DNA from: Balanoglossus misakiensis
Taxonomy: Eukaryota; Animalia; Hemichordata
Direction of reading: 5' to 3'
NCBI GenBank assembly: GCA_040954595.2
Contig: CM082590.2
Span: 2,294,001 to 2,358,000, forward strand
Length of the DNA stretch: 64,000 nt
Positions 62,701 to 64,000 of this stretch are shown here, piece by piece; within the stretch, counting starts at the first letter, position 1; each line of letters begins with the position of its first letter. The translations under genes and the position numbers were made by a program. The notes under the pieces are model-generated. The model saw only the letters and a program-made list of their open reading frames with translations. It was not told where the DNA came from and did not search any database.

Positions 62701-64000
62701 TATTTACCGATTTCTGTTGTGATGCGCATAACATATATATAGGCCTATGCGCAAAAGAACGTTTTCCACTAGACTCTGTAGATCGACGGATAGCTGTAAA
62801 ATTTCCATGTTTGCTTGCAAACAGCCTTGTTTATTTACGGAATTCTGTTTTGAGGCGCAGAACACATGATAGGCCTATGCGCATACGACATTTTTCCACT
62901 AGACTCTGTAGATCGACGGATAGTTGTAAAATTTCCATGGTTGCTTCCAAACAACCTCGTTTGTTTACCGAATTCTGTTGTGATGCGCAGAACACATATA
63001 TAGGCCTATGCGCATAAGAACGTTTTCCACTAGACTCTGTAGATCGACGGATAGTTGTAAAATGTTCATGGTTGCTTCCAAATACAGCCTCGTTTATTTA
63101 CCGATTTCTGTTGTGATGCGCATAACACATAGATAGGCCTATGCGCATTATAACGTTTTCCACTAGACTCTGTAGATCGACGGATAGTTGTAAAATTTCC
63201 ATGGTTGCTTCCAAACAGCCTCGTTTATTTACCGAATTCTGTTGTTAGGCGCAGAACACGTTATAGGCCTATGCGCATAAGAAAGTTTTCCACCAGACTC
63301 TGTAGATCGAAGGATTTTTGTAAAATTTCCATGGTTGCTTCCAAACAGCCTCGTTTATTTACCGAATTCTGTTGTTAGGCGCAGAACACGTTATAGGCCT
63401 ATGCGCATAAGAAAGTTTTCCACCAGACTCTGTAGATGGACTGATAGTTGTAAAATTTCCATGGTTGCTTCCAAACAGCCTCGTTTATTTACTGATTTCT
63501 GTTGTGAGGCGCAGAACACATGATAGGCCAATGCGCATAAGACATTTTTCCACTAGACTCTGTAGATCGACGGATAGTTGTAAAATTTCCATGGTTGCTT
63601 CCAAACAACCTCGTTTGTTTACGAATTCTGTTGTGATGCGCAGAACACATATATAGGGCTATGCGCATAAGAAAGTTTTCCACCAGACTCCGTAGATCGA
63701 CGGATAGTTGTAAAATTTCCATGGTTGCTTCCAAACAGCCTCGTTTATTTACCGAATTCTGTTGTGAGGCGCAGAACACATAGATAGGCATATGTGCATA
63801 AGAAAGTTTTCCACTATAGACTCTGTAGATCGAGAGATAGTTCTAAAATGTCCATGGTTGCTACCAAACACAGCCTCGTTTGTTTACAAAATTCTGTTGT
63901 GATGCGCAGAACACATAGATAGGCCTATGCGCATATGAACGTTTTCCACCATACACTGTAGATCGAGAGATAGTTCTAAAACTTCCATGTTTGCTTCCAA
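50766..64000. repeat. Satellite DNA, ~130-133-bp monomer, about 100 copies, with higher-order repeats; runs off the window end
   Basis: Monomer gcgcagaacacatagataggcctatgcgcataagaacgttttccactagactctgtagatcgacggatagttctaaaatttccatggttgcttccaaacagcctcgtttatttaccgaattctgttgtgag. Identical spurious ORFs recur at offsets 1601, 1339, 689 and 4496. Confidence 0.98.

Noticed and set aside
50673-63791. Dozens of short ORFs (MLPNSLVY..., MFCASQQN...)
   Set aside because: Chance frames of the 130-bp satellite; monomer indels shift frames freely.

Overview
AT-rich eukaryotic (animal) genomic DNA with spliceosomal introns; the repeat repertoire suggests a marine invertebrate deuterostome (inference only). 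No prokaryotic genes, rRNA or tRNA genes, or CRISPR arrays are supported. A ~40 kb TE-rich island lies between two unrelated tandem arrays: a nested macrosatellite (1-9.8 kb; ~790 bp backbone plus a variable number of 116-bp subunits) and a ~130-bp satellite (50.8-64 kb) with higher-order periods up to 4496 bp. The island holds a decayed minus-strand multi-exon gene in which four calcium-binding EGF exons sit between Q/P/S-rich exons. One intron carries an ~11 kb Academ (AcademX-type) DNA transposon (26415-37390) with both TIRs and a 4-bp TACA target-site duplication (TSD). Its broken ORF reads Zn-finger, DDE transposase with an OTU-like cysteine protease domain inserted inside it, XPG/FEN1-like nuclease, then a Cys-rich CXC domain. 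The Academ was hit by several nested insertions: an L1/Tx1 LINE, a TTAA Kolobok-like MITE, a 5-bp-TSD Transib/RAG-like MITE, a HINE-like repeat and an L2-like fragment. A separate 2.5 kb TIR element carries a spliced BEN-domain-like fragment. All family assignments come from motifs and termini read by eye, without database searches.
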